DNA from: Octopus bimaculoides
Lineage: Eukaryota
Length of the DNA: 64,000 bases
Direction: 5' to 3'
Assembly (NCBI RefSeq): GCF_001194135.2
Contig: NC_068989.1
Coordinates: forward strand, 37,587,054-37,651,053
Both the position numbers and the translations under genes were made by a program. A model generated the notes under the pieces. The model was not told the origin of the DNA. It did not search any database and saw only the letters and a list, made by a program, of their open reading frames with translations. The first letter of the stretch is position 1, and every line of letters starts with the position of its first letter. Below, one piece after another: positions 49,540 to 62,590 of the stretch.

Positions 49540-50850
49540 TTTACTATGAAGTCATTTTCAGACTTGCAGCATTGGTGCTTCCTGTGTGAATGTGGTTTGT
49601 GAATTTTCTATAAAAAGACAACTTCCTTTTCCTAGCTTTGTTCATCAGCGTTCTAAGATAGTCTTCCGCTCTTTAACCCATGTGGTACTTGCTATTTTCC
49701 AAGAAGTTCTGTTGTCTACAATTACTTCCCAATCAGAAAGTTTAATGTTGAGTCATTTCTATGTCACGCTTATCTACATCCTTTGCCTCTCAGTCTGGAT
49801 GCTAGTTCACCATGTATTAATCTTTTAAAATACAGTCGTCATCTGGTGCAGGAGAGTGAACATTGAAAGGGTAGTTGTCTTTATAAATATGTTAATGATT
49901 TAGATCCTGTCCTACTATTTTATATCAAGCGTTTATTACCGACAACTCACATGGGACATGTAAGGTGTTTTATGAAAAAATTATGCCATCTACCACTCGC
50001 AGTTAAGTGAAACTTTGCTGTAAAAACGAACCTTGTACTCCACGACCTTGATAAATTTCCTGAAATGCTTATCCTTCCGTACTTTCTCAGTGAGCCATGA
50101 AAGAGAAATAGCTGCTTTGACGATGTGCTCATGAGTTCTGCGCTCAGGGTGAAGTGGCAGTAGCTGATCAACCAAGGTATTGGGACTCATGTACAACCAG
50201 ATCTTTACTTCTGGTTTTAATTTTTTTTTTAATGGCTGCAGTTCTTTGTTCCATCACAAGAATCTTTTTGAGGTTGATTGTAATGTAAAATAGATTGCAA
50301 AATATTGATAGTCCAAAGGGCTTTGTAATTCATCTGGAAGAAGCTGCACTATCAACAAATAATGTATCTCTCATAGTAACATAACTTAGATTTTATCTTT
50401 AGTCTGGCTACACTAAGGATCTGGCCAACTGATCCTGAGTGGAGTTAGACACCATTGGTTGAGGATTCCATGCGCATTTCTGAAGCAACACAAAGAATAT
50501 TAAAAAATGTTTGCGCAAGTATACAGTCTGGCTTGGCTCTATTCTTCACACCAAAATTCCTGGAAATAAGTCCGTCTTACCACACATTGCTCATCATCAT
50601 TTTGGATAGATATTATGATGCTTAGTTGTGTAATTGGACAACCACGGAGTTGTGATATATTAAACACGGTGATTTTGCTGATAAGATGAAGTGTCCTCAC
50701 GAGATACAAAGGCCAACAGTATCATTAAATAGGCTTCTAGACTTTGCCAAATTGGTCTGGTAAAGAGCAGCAATGTCTCCTTGTAAGCGAGAGACCTTGC
50801 TATTTATGATGACTGCTTTGCAAGTATCATTTATGCTCTGAAGATAGTTT
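49540..50850 (-). pseudogene. Decayed RTE-clade (BovB-like) LINE: RT through C-terminus
   Basis: DGLISRNFGVKNRAKPDCILAQTFFNI (GVKQGCVLAPTLF equivalent), ARLKIKSK, FVDS (degenerate FADD), INLKKILVM, QYLG, HIVKAA..WLTEKV, LIHGELA, KDVDKRD and DWEVIVDNRTSWK. Confidence 0.8.
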
Positions 50851-51439
50851 GAAAAGATATGTATCTGCTTATGAACATTTCAGTACATGATCCTCAATTT
50901 GGGGCTCAGTTCTTTCTGTTGATACTGTTGTTGATGTTGTTATTGATGTTGTTGCATAGTGCATTTGTAACTGTTCACCTGTTAGGAAGTACCTATGTCC
51001 TACCCTATGCCCCAACATACCCACTAGGCAGATGAACAGTGACTAGACTGCACCTTACTAGTTGAATAGTTTTCAGTTTGATGCGGCCATTAGCTGTCCA
51101 TAGCAGTTAAAATAAGCTTTCCCAACATCGAGCGTATCCCTTGGCAACTAGCGCTATACAGTAGACTACCTATGGGACGACTTCGCATATTCACTTTCAG
51201 AATTTACTCCCTTAACTTTATCTAGAAGAAAGGGATTCAAAAGGAAATAGCACAACCTAACTCACGATTGGGAAACTATTGTTGGATACTTGGGATATTT
51301 TCACTGGCCTATATGTCATATTTCCGGGAAAAGACCACCTTGAGTTCTGATGAATTTACCTAAGGGCCACATAAAACCCAGTCACTTTGCATCACCATGT
51401 TCACGTCCAGCTAAATGAGGACATTACGTCACGCTATAA

Positions 51440-51441
51440 CT

Positions 51442-51493
<52 letters not shown>

Positions 51494-51524
51494 ATGCAGC
51501 AGCAGCAGCAGCAGTAGTAGTAGC

Positions 51525-51565
<41 letters not shown>

Positions 51566-51672
51566 CGGTGGTGGTGGTGGTAGTAGTAGTAGTGGTAGTA
51601 GTAGTAGTGGTGGTGGTGGTGGTGGTGGTGGTGGTGGTTTTGGTGATGGTGGTAGTAGTAGTAGTAGTAGTT
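51440..51672. repeat. Compound (GTA/GCA/GGT)n microsatellite
   Basis: Read directly from the sequence. Confidence 0.95.
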
Positions 51673-52036
51673 TAGTTGCTGTCATTGTGTTGTATATCCC
51701 AGTTGCAATGCTGCAATTTGTTTTCGTCACTAAAGCCTTTGGGAAATTTATGAACATCTCAAATATCCAACTGTTCAAGAATGCTACAAACCAGTGATCA
51801 TGCAAACCAACAAGAGATCTTCGTGGTTGCTCAATCTGCTAGAAATAACAGCCAAATCCCTACCCACTACAACCGTCATAAGAAGGGAATAGTGTAGTGC
51901 TAAATAAACTGTCTCTCAGAAAAAATAGCAAAAAAAAAAAAAAAAAGACACGAACTGTATAGACAATTTCATGACTTAAAGGGAGAACAAAAGTACGAAT
52001 AGATTTCACAGGACCTTAAGACAGCGCATACTCTCA

Positions 52037-52087
<51 letters not shown>

Positions 52088-52448
52088 AAGACATGTGCGA
52101 GGTGGTGGTGGCAGAGAGTGGAAGGAGTCCTGGTTATTGAAGTATCCTGAACACTGAAGACTGGTTTGAATGCTTGCCGCTAACAGCATTCAAGATCGAG
52201 GTAGCGGTGTTTGATTTTACTATATGTTTACTCGATCAGAACTAACTTAGGGTTCAACAAAAAACAATGAATCGCCTCTAGTTGTTTCTAGGGATTTAAC
52301 AGTTTAGCACCAATCTGCTGAGCCAGTTTCGATTACCAGTCAGACTCCCTGAATATTATTTAAGTCTCTCAATTATGCTCTCAAAATTCTGGACATCAAA
52401 AGTTCACGTGTCCTTTCTCCACTTTGTGTCTATCTATCTATCTATCTT

Positions 52449-52496
<48 letters not shown>

Positions 52497-53156
52497 CCTA
52501 TTTTTACGATTTTCAGTCATTAGGCTGTGGCCATACTGGGGCACCACCTTGAAGAATTTTAGTCAAACTAATCGACCGCCAAAACTTATGATTATTTTGT
52601 TAAGCCTGGTACTTATTCTCTCGGGTTTCTAAGCCAAACTGCTAATTTACGGGGACGTAAACACACTAGCGCCAGCTGTGACGTAGTGGTGAAACAAATA
52701 CACACACATATATGAGTGGCTGTGTGGTAAGAAGCTTGCTTCTCAACCACATGGTTCCGGGTTCAGTCCCACTGGTGTGGCACTTTGGGCAAGTGTCTTC
52801 TACTATAGCCTCAGGCCGACCAAAACTTTGTGAGTGGATTTGGTTGACAGAAACTAAAAGAAGACCGTCGTATATATATNNNNNNNNNNNNNNNNNNNNN
52901 NNNNNNNNNNNNNNNNNNNNNNNNNNNNNNNNNNNNNNNNNNNNNNNNNNNNNNNNNNNNNNNNNNNNNNNNNNNNNNNNNNNNNNNNNNNNNNNNNNNN
53001 NNNNNNNNNNNNNNNNNNNNNNNNNNNNNNNNNNNNNNNNNNNNNNNNNNNNNNNNNNNNNNNNNNNNNNNNNNNNNNNNNNNNNNNNNNNNNNNNNNNN
53101 NNNNNNNNNNNNNNNNNNNNNNNNNNNNNNNNNNNNNNNNNNNNNNNNNNNNNNNN

Positions 53157-53198
<42 letters not shown>

Positions 53199-53269
53199 GA
53201 AAAATTATAGAGGTGAACTCATTTCAAGAAACAACAGCGTAGGGCTCAATTTATTGAGCGATTATACTA

Positions 53270-53997
53270 AAGTATTAATTTGAAAGAGACAAGTTCCAAG
53301 GCCAATAATGCTCCTCAACAAAGCCGACACATATCTAAAACACAGAGGGCATATATAAACCATTATAAGCACATAACATACAAAAACATATATATACATA
53401 TAATAATGTAATTCCGTGCCCAAAAGAGAGGTCCTCAAATGAATCCAATAAACGGGAAGAGTCTTACAGCCGTCTCTGGGAATGTGCGAAGAAGTGTATA
53501 GGTAAGACCTTTTGAACTCCAGTAATCCACATTTCCTTCATCAGAGAATATGTACGAATTTGGAATTTTTACAATCCCACTAATAATCTTATGATCTTGT
53601 TTAAAAATTCCAAATCCGTACATATTCTCTAATGAAGGAAATGTGAATTACCGAAGTTCAAAAGGTCTTAACTACACACTTCTTCGCACATTCCCGGAAA
53701 CGGCCGTAAGACTCTTTCTATTTATTGGATTCATTTGAGGACTTCCCTTTTGAATTATTGTCAACTGTTATCTCATCAGCTTGGACTTCTTAATTTATTT
53801 GCATGTATTCATTCAATTACTTATCCGACTTTGATTTGGGCACGAAATTACACTATTATATGAATATTTATGTTTTTGTATGTTATGTCTTCACATGCTT
53901 ATAATGGCTAAATATATGCCCCCTGTGTTTAGATATGTGTCGGCTATGATGAGGAGCATTATTGACCTTGGAACTTGGCTCTTTCAAATTAATACTT
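53270..53997. repeat. ~730-bp palindrome (arms 53270-53571 and 53602-53997, 30-nt spacer, ~80-nt extra segment in the right arm); each arm has a hammerhead-like motif
   Basis: The arms are reverse complements with scattered, mostly transition, mismatches. The right arm reads CTAATGA-A-GGAAATGTG..CACATTCCC-G-GAAAC-GGCCGTA. Confidence 0.9.
53622..53714 (+). ncRNA. Putative type I hammerhead-ribozyme-like motif, probably inactivated; its mirror copy is on the minus strand at ~53460-53550
   Basis: Core 1 CTAATGA (53629-35; CTGATGA in the mirror copy), stem II 53637-45 with 53687-95, GAAAC at 53697-701, palindromic stem III ACGGCCGT, GUA triplet ending at 53708, and a short stem I TCT/AGA. Confidence 0.6.
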
Positions 53998-55289
53998 ATA
54001 TATATATATATATATATACACATAAAGTTAGATTCAATGTGAATATGGTACTTAAGTTTAGGCACCAGAATTAAGTATGGTATTACCCAAACAATTCCAA
54101 AATAAGGTGATTAAAAATCAAAATAAGCAGCAAGGATATTCAAGATTAATGCAGTACGATCGTTTCATGCGACTCCGTTTATTTAAGCAATGCAGCAATG
54201 TGAGCATAACATTAAATGTAAAATGCAGAGCAACCTTCAGTTGCACAAAGATACAGAAAATTAACTGAAATTTCATTTCCGTAGAAGGACATATTATTGT
54301 ATCTACATTTAAACAATCCAAGTGGGAAGGAAGAATACAAACANNNNNNNNNNTCCTTGTTGCTTATTTTGATGTATATATACATGCATGTATGTATTTT
54401 TGTCTGTGGTTGTCTCCCCCCACCATCGCTTAACAACTGATGTTGGTGTGTTTACGTCCCCGTAACATAACGGTTCGGTAAAATAGACTGATAGAATAAG
54501 TACTAGGCTTACAAAGAATAAGTCCTGGGTTCGATTTGTTCGACTAAAGGCGGTTCTCCAGCATGGTTGCAGTCAAATGACTGAAACGAGTAAAAGAATA
54601 TTCTTTAAGTCTTCGTCTGCCAAAACCACTTACAAGGCTTTGGTCAGTCCGAGGTTATAGCAGAAAACATTTGCCCAAAGTGCTACGTAGTGGGACTGAA
54701 ACCGGAACCATGTGATTGGGAAGCAAACTTCTTACCACACAGCTACGCTTGCGCCTACATATATATACCTATGTGTGTGTGTATGTGTCTGTATGCTTGT
54801 GGAAGTGTATAATGAATGCGTGTTTGTGTGGGTGAAGGTTTGTGTGTGTGTGTGCGTGCACGCGGGCCTGTGTGCATCTTGTCTCTTCTCTCTTCCTGTC
54901 TGTCTGCCTACCTATGTATCCATACCTATCACAGTCCATCCCTTCCTATATCCCTACTGTAAATGGAAAAACAAACTTTCATGCTACATGACTATGTAAA
55001 GAATCAATATTTCTTTAAATTCAATTCTAATTTCAGCCAAGTCATCTAAACACACACCGCCCTCGCTGCACACTACCTCCATTATCATCATCATTATAGC
55101 ATAATATTCAACACCGTCCCATCCTAAATCAACCACAAATATTCCATCGCTTACCCTCCATCATTCTTATTTCATAATACATTAATATATTCGCTACCAA
55201 TTTTATTACTTTATTTACGAATGCATGCATTATTATTAGTGTGTGTTCTTATTGATATTCTTGTTCTTGACTCTATCATCGCCGCCGTT

Positions 55290-55659
55290 GTCGTCATCTT
55301 CGTAATTATCATCATGGTTATTATTACTATGATTATTAAAATTACAAAAATTATTATTATCATTATTATTATTATTGTTGTTGTTGTTGTTGTTTGTATT
55401 TGTATTTACATTTATTATCTTTATTATTGTCTGCGTGTGAAAGAAATGAAATTGCCACAGCATCCGTTGTTATTTCTAGATAGTTTTCTATTCAACGTAT
55501 CCTGAAGCTATCCTGTTTATGCTAACCATGTTCACAGCATGAAGCAGCAGCAGAAGCAGCAGCAAGAACAACAACAACAGCAGCAGTAGCAACATTATTA
55601 AGAATGAGAATCACGACGACGATGATGACAATGACGATTATGATGACGATGATGATGAC

Positions 55660-55710
<51 letters not shown>

Positions 55711-55827
55711 ACAGAAGAAGAAGAAGAAGAAGAAGAAGAAGTTAACGGTAAGGTTTATGATGGCGATGAGGGTAATGATGATAATAATGATGTTGATAAT
55801 GAGGACGACGACGACGACGACGACGAC

Positions 55828-55862
<35 letters not shown>

Positions 55863-56335
55863 GCATCATGTTGATGATGAAGACGACGGCTATGACGACG
55901 ACGACGACGACGATAAAAAGCAGCTGCCACAGCAATCGTAGCATTCCTTAGTATTCTTTTCGTCCATTTATTGACATTTAAAACCGAATCCTTAATGTTG
56001 TTTCAATCTCGAAAACAAACGATTAATTTTAAAAAATTAATACAGAAAAAAAAAAAGAAAGAAAATAGAAAAGCAATCAAAACATTACAAACACTCAAAC
56101 ATACACACAAACCCATCCGCACAGACACTCGTAAAACACACACAAGAATACGGAACAAATGCAATAAATAAAATATTTAAAATACAAGAAAACACAAATG
56201 TTTAAAGAACGTAAGAACAACTGCAAGCAGTAATAGAATACAAATATTTACACACGTAAAAATAAAGACAAACATATAAGACATGTATTGGTACAATCAT
56301 ATTTCTATAAGCATACAACTCTCATGGTTTCATGC

Positions 56336-56379
<44 letters not shown>

Positions 56380-56477
56380 ATGTATATTATGTGTGTTCTT
56401 TACCGTTGCAAACAAGCTTTTACATACGCATTGTCTTTTCTCTACACGTACGAAGCATAAGTACACATACCACATTA

Positions 56478-56515
<38 letters not shown>

Positions 56516-56647
56516 TGTGCGTGTGTGTGCGTGTGTGTAATATGTATGTATATATGCATACATTTAAGCATGTATTTATTTATTTATTTATGTATATAAC
56601 CTCATTCAGGAACAAATTTCTGCAAGTCCACAAAAGGAAGCAACGTT

Positions 56648-56709
<62 letters not shown>

Positions 56710-57700
56710 TCACACGCATATATATGCACTCACATTTGGTATGTATTTATATGTGTGTGTGTCTGTGTATCTGTGTATGTGCAAACACTCACTGGCAAGA
56801 GTAATTTCCAATTTCCAATCAAATATATGTGCATTCATGCCTCTCTCAGTATACATGCATTTGTCTGTGGTCGTGTGCTTACAATTACTGCGATATCGGT
56901 GGCAATTGTTGCTGTGATTGCTGTGGTTGTTTATGTAGTTGTTATTGTTGTGGCTGTAGTGGTGGTGATTGTTGTTGTTGTTGTTGTAGTAGTTGTTCGT
57001 AAACCGATTGTTTGGCGACGTTATCGTGTTACCATGCAGTGTATTGAAATGATTAAGATAATCTTTGTAACCCAACCATGCTGTCTTGTTTGGCATGACA
57101 GTTTGGAGATTTTCTTTCAAAAGCATACACAACCATCACAGCACGGTAGCCATATCACTAAAGCCCCCCCCCCCCATCACCAGCACCATCACCATCATCA
57201 CTACCAACGTCATCATTAGTAACAACGCCAACCACCTCCGACCATCGACAACAACAGTAACAATAAGAGCGACCGCCAATCAAGCCCCCACCACCTACCA
57301 TCCCGCCTTTTTCATTGTCATTTCCTGAACTATCTTTCACCATTAATATCTACAACAAAAACAACAATATCAACAATGATAAACAATAACGACGACGACG
57401 ACAACAGCCAATCAAATGCCTTTCGTACTGTCTGTGTTTCTCCTCCACAATCATTATATCATTAATATTCACCAGCACAACAACAACAGCAACAGCCGCA
57501 CCAGCGGCAACAGCACCAACATCAACATCAGCAACAACAACAACAACAATATTTCGATTCCTTAATCGCAACCACCACGTAATTTATCTCTCGTCACTAA
57601 CATATCTTGTATAAACAACAACAACATCAACATCAACAACAAATATAAATATGGACACCTTCAACACTAATCACATGATCATCATTGTGAACGACAACAA
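55290..57700. repeat. Extended low-complexity zone: (ATT/GTT), (GAT/GAC/GAA), (GT)n, (TA)n and (CAA/CCA) tracts
   Basis: Read directly. All ORFs here are repeat-derived homopolymeric translations. Confidence 0.93.
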
Positions 57701-59169
57701 CAACATGAACAAGAAAAACAATCACGATATGGAGAGGAATGTACTAACAGCAACCAAGTTCTGACCACTAGCATAACAGTAAACATGTGCAGCCACATCA
57801 AACACGAAACACCAGATTTAACTCCAGTTAGCTTACACCAATCAGTACTGATAGTATCAGTATCACCACCTACGTCGACTTTGCCTGAAAGAATGGCAGG
57901 ACAATCATGGCTGGAACATCTCTGACCATTGGACTGCTCAGTCAGTCAAGTTTATGTTGAGAATAAGCAATGTTACTGTCTTTAAAATGACGCAGATCTT
58001 TGGTTTCGTTTCTCTCGACCACATACATATAAGAAACCCATTGACGCATTTGTTATTTAAACAATTAAATGTTAGGTCCATCACCCTGTTATATACTTTC
58101 AGTATTTCCTATTACTTTCCTATTCGAGAGTTAAAAGTTGTCTTCCCACATAAAGTTATCAGTTAGATCTATAACTTGTTTTATTGTCGCCAATCTAACT
58201 CTTTTCCTCCAAACTTGGCACCGAACATTATAAGTAATTCTTATGGAACATACTCCTCTTCCATAAGGTTACCCATCACACTTGCGCTACACTCCAGCAT
58301 TACTTTACAAATCTCCTGTGTTGCTGATAAACCATTTTCTCTCTTCGTGATATTTAGGAAAGAAGTTTGACTTTTGTGAAACTAAAGAATATAAGGAGAG
58401 AAAGAAGAAAGCGATTGATTGGTACTCTCAGATAAAATGGATTTGATTGAAAGACCCTTGTAGTTAAGACAAGTTGTGGAAAGAAGTCTAATATAGCCAA
58501 TAGAGCAGATGATAATTCAATAACTATATGTTTAAAACGGGTGCAGTGAAACAGAGACTCAGCAATTAGAAATTATTGATAAATGGACGTTTGCAACGTC
58601 GACGAACTGCTGTTTGCAGACTCACAAAGTCTCTTGTCAATTCTGAATTTTAAACAGCTTTGAAATAGAGACGTTTCCAGACAATCTCTAGACAATTCAG
58701 ATTAACATGAAATTACTCTCTCCGGCACACGAGCGGAATATAGCAGAATGATGACCAAGTTACTCATTTACTGGTACCAACTTCTGAGTTGTAGTAATAA
58801 TGAAGCACCGCCATGAAAGAGAACGTAAATTAATTGTGTATCTATTTACTAACATGCGCATTGAAAGAAAGAATGGAATTAAGAAACTAAAAGAACACTC
58901 TAAAGAATTGGTTGTTATCTTGCGTTGATCAGACAACGCAGACGGAATGATAAAGAGCCATTAATCACAATGGACGATACAAATTTCTCGGTAGAATACG
59001 CAATTTAATTCTTTTGGTAGTAATTGAGAACAACAAACTATAATTTAGTAATGTTCATGAATAAATAAATAAGCAAATAAATAAATAAATAAATAGCAAT
59101 TCTTTATTGTGGTGAGATAGATTGTCATAGCTTCAAGATAATGATTGGATACTTTATATAGATTATCAA

Positions 59170-59437
59170 TAATAAAAGATATTTTATGCCGTCCCTAGGT
59201 AACTGAACAGACTAATGTTGACCAACACATAGAATATATCGTCTACAGCGGATGACCAGATATAATGTAACCAAGTACATACTGGACTTAATATTGAAGA
59301 TAAATAATGGATTCTTTATTTTTCTTTCGTGTGCTGAAATGAAGCTTGGGACTATGTACCATTTCCTGCGAATGCATATTAAAAAACAAAATAATTTCTC
59401 AATAAAATATTCAAAAGTAGACGTAGGCGTGTCTGTG

Positions 59438-59487
<50 letters not shown>

Positions 59488-60520
59488 AAAGACACAGACA
59501 CACTCACACAAGCACACACACAAAAACATACACACACATACCACATGCATACACAATCAAGCTTACATTTTATAATATAGAACTGTCTTTTGTTATTTGT
59601 ATTATTTTTTTGCAATAGTGACAAGATTCTTGTTAAAGTCAATGGCTGACACCGTCTCTAATTGACATTGATATGGTGTAATATGAAAGAAATTTGGCAG
59701 CTATTTCTTGTTGGCCAAATGACTCTTTACGGCAGTGTTTCTCCAACTATAGTTAGTGCGGGAGACCTCTGGTGACAATTTGAATCGTCCAGGATCCGAT
59801 CTTTAAATCTTCTGTTGTAGTACTTAAAGACAGACGAAGTTCAGTTGACCAATTGGAATACCAAGTACACGTTGAAATAAAATGCACCCCTTTGGGAAAC
59901 ACGGCTTATTTTTGGTTGTGATCTTTCACCTGAGTGAAACTGTTGGTAAACTGTCTCATTGTTTTTCTTTTCTTTTAACAAATTTGATAGGTCCCGGTTG
60001 AAAAATACGGGTGTATATATCAATGATGAAAGATATTTTATGTGGTTCCTAGGTAACTGAACAAACTTAAGTTGACCAACAGATAGAATATCTCGCCTAC
60101 AGCGGATGACCAGATATAATGTAACCAAGTGCTTACTGATGATAAATAATGGATTCTTCAACTGGAAGCCGTCATCTAAATTTTCCTTCGGGAGCTGGAA
60201 TGAAGTTTGGGACAATGTACCTTCTCCTACACTGAAACAAATTGCACCCATTTGGGAAACATGAGTGTAGACGCTTATTTTGGTCGTGTATCATTCACCT
60301 CAGTGAAACTGTTAATAAACTGTCTCGGTGTTTTGTTTGAACAAATTTGATGGGTCTCAGTTGGTAAACACGGGTGTAGAGGCTCTTTGGGATGTGTGTC
60401 ATTCATCCTCGAGAAAAACTGCTGATAAAACAGTCCCGAAGTTTTGTTTGACCAAATTTTAGTGCCCTATTTGAGACGTGCGTAGAGACTTTTTGAAGTG
60501 TGTTTCACTCAACTACGAGA
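59170..60520. repeat. Local complex duplication: block A (59170-59370 and 60025-60230), block B (59880-60015 and 60241-60380), then further ~105-bp subunits
   Basis: Block A shares CCTAGGTAACTGAAC..CTACAGCGGATGACCAGATATAATGTAACCAAGT. Block B shares GCACCC.TTTGGGAAAC..TTCACCT.AGTGAAACTGTT..AACAAATTTGAT..ACGGGTGTA. Confidence 0.85.
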
Positions 60521-61207
60521 GAAAAAAATACTAAAATTTATTTAAACAAATAACCATCAAAGCTGAAAAGATTGCCATACTTTTACAACTTTTCTTCAGA
60601 AATAGAAATCGGTTCTCACTTTCCTCTCCTTGTATTCTCATATACTCGATTTTCTTTAACTTAATCTCATTGTTAACTTCTTTCTCTGTTCGTGCAACGG
60701 ATGTTTGTTTGTTTGCGTATTTCTTAAATAAATGTTCATCTTCTATTTTTATCTTTTCACTCTATAATTTAAAGCTGTTTTAAGCCATTGAAATTGATCT
60801 AACTCTTCTATATTCTAAGTATTTCTCATTTCTTTTTCTGCCATTAAGACTTTAAAACATCATCATTAACACCACCACCACTACCACAACTGCCACCAGC
60901 GCAACCAACACTACTAATAACAATTGCAACAGGAACAACAGCAAAAAAAAAGAACAATAACGACTAAAGCAAAATCTCTGCTTAAACTGTAAGACATCAG
61001 GAAAAAAATTTAGTACCGATTTACACTTCGTTTATGTGCAAATACCCCTCCCCCAACAACTAATGTGTATGACAGAGAAAGCGAGAAAGAAATGTATGCA
61101 TGCAAGTGTAAAGTGTGTTAAACATATGAAATACTCTACAATAATGCATACATATGCAAAGCATGCGTCAGTAGAAAAAGAAGTGTGTTTGGGTTATATG
61201 TATATGT

Positions 61208-61238
<31 letters not shown>

Positions 61239-61312
61239 ATCAAAATTGGACCACATCTGTAGATTATTTTTTAATATAAAACATGATATAACATTTCTAT
61301 GACATAACATTT

Positions 61313-61424
61313 CTTACGGGCGTTTCCGCTTCCAATGCCAGTCGGTGCTTACGAAAGAATTTCGAAAATAATATTCGTCATCTTCATAGGACATTCGATC
61401 TAGTACATGGAGCTTCATTAGAGT
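61313..61424 (-). ncRNA. Degenerate solo hammerhead-like motif with the same architecture as the 53.6-kb motif
   Basis: Minus strand reads CTAATGA-A-GCTCCA..(~70 nt)..TGGAAGC-G-GAAAC-GCCCGTA-AGA. Confidence 0.45.
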
Positions 61425-61797
61425 GAATACAAATGCATAAAATAAAATAAACGAAGGGAAGAGGGAATAGGAAAGAACATGGCCTCGAGAAGAGGCCAGG
61501 GGGCTTAATATATTATAATCTTACCATCGTCAAGCGTGGAGCTTTGAAGTCGATAGGCAAAAGAGTGATCTAGCAGTGGCCTAGGGAAATATTTACGGGT
61601 TATTTCTATATAAAATGGGAAGAAGGATGTTTGAAAAATAATGAAAAGAAGTTAGCACCAAGACAAATCAAGAAATTACCAATATATCTAGAAAGAGAAT
61701 AGCACTTATGTTATCGTAAATAAGGCTAGTTAATATTCATCCAAAAACAAAACCGTATGGTTCTTATAATGGTGTACTTACTGAAATATTGTAGGAA

Positions 61798-61799
<2 letters not shown>

Positions 61800-61859
<60 letters not shown>

Positions 61860-61935
61860 ATCTATCTTTGGTGCCCCAACATGGCCATAATCTCTGGGCT
61901 GAAATGCATAAAAGAGTAAAGTAAAGAATATATAA

Positions 61936-61976
<41 letters not shown>

Positions 61977-62139
61977 CATAGAAGCATACATACATACATA
62001 CATAGNNNNNNNNNNACATAGAAGCATACATACATACATACATAGATACATACATACATAGATACATACATACATAGATACATACATACATACATGCATG
62101 TACACGCTCTTATTTACGCGCGCGCGCACGCACACATAC

Positions 62140-62175
<36 letters not shown>
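61800..62175. repeat. (TCTA)n, (TG)n, (TACA)n and (CA)n tracts with the tip of a family-D SINE tail
   Basis: Read directly from the sequence. Confidence 0.9.
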
Positions 62176-62177
62176 GC

Positions 62178-62590
62178 GCAGGCGTGGTCGTGTAGTAAGA
62201 AGCTTGCTTCTCAACCACATGGTTCCGGATTCAGTCCGACAGCCTAACACTTTGGGTAAGTGCCTTGGGCCGACCAAAATTTTGTGACTTGATTTGGTAG
62301 ACGGAAACTGAAAGGAACCTGGCATACATATATAGATAGATATATGTATATATTTATGTGCGTGTGTCTGTGCTAGTCCCCCCTCCCACCATCGCTTAAC
62401 AGCCGTTGCTGGTGTGTTCATGTCCCCATAGTCTAGCGGTTCGACAAAAGAGTCTGATAGGGTAAGTACTAGGCTTACAAAGAATCAGTCTTGAAGTAGA
62501 TTTCTTCGACTAAAACCCTTTAAGGCGGTGCTCCAACATCGCCGCAGTAAAATGACTGAAACTAGTAAAAGAATAAAGGAATAAAAGAAT
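62178..62590 (+). mobile_element. Near-complete family-D SINE with a short internal TA/TG tract
   Basis: GGCGTGGTCGTGTAGTAAGAAGCTTGC..GGATTCAGTCC..GTAGACGGAAACTGAAAG..(TA/TG)..CCACCATCGCTTAAC..AATGACTGAAACTAGTAAAAG. Confidence 0.87.

Larger units (their letters stand above)
52500..54755. mobile_element. Apparent nest: a minus-strand family-D SINE (tail 52500-52710, head 54605-54755) enclosing a plus-strand family-D SINE (head 52712-52879, tail 54400-54600)
   Basis: Order and orientation of the four half-elements. The inner head has A-box TGGCTGTGTGG and B-box GGTTCAGTCCC. Two gaps lie inside. Confidence 0.7.

Noticed and set aside
55221-57571. Numerous poly-Ile/Val/Met/His/Cys-Val ORFs (also at 3.3, 15.0, 33.7, 44.0 and 51.4 kb)
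   Set aside because: They are translations of simple repeats on both strands with no domain-like content.
59841-60251. 136-aa minus-strand ORF containing HSGERS, resembling a C2H2 zinc-finger linker
   Set aside because: There are no CxxC pairs, and the repeat period is ~105 nt rather than 84 nt.
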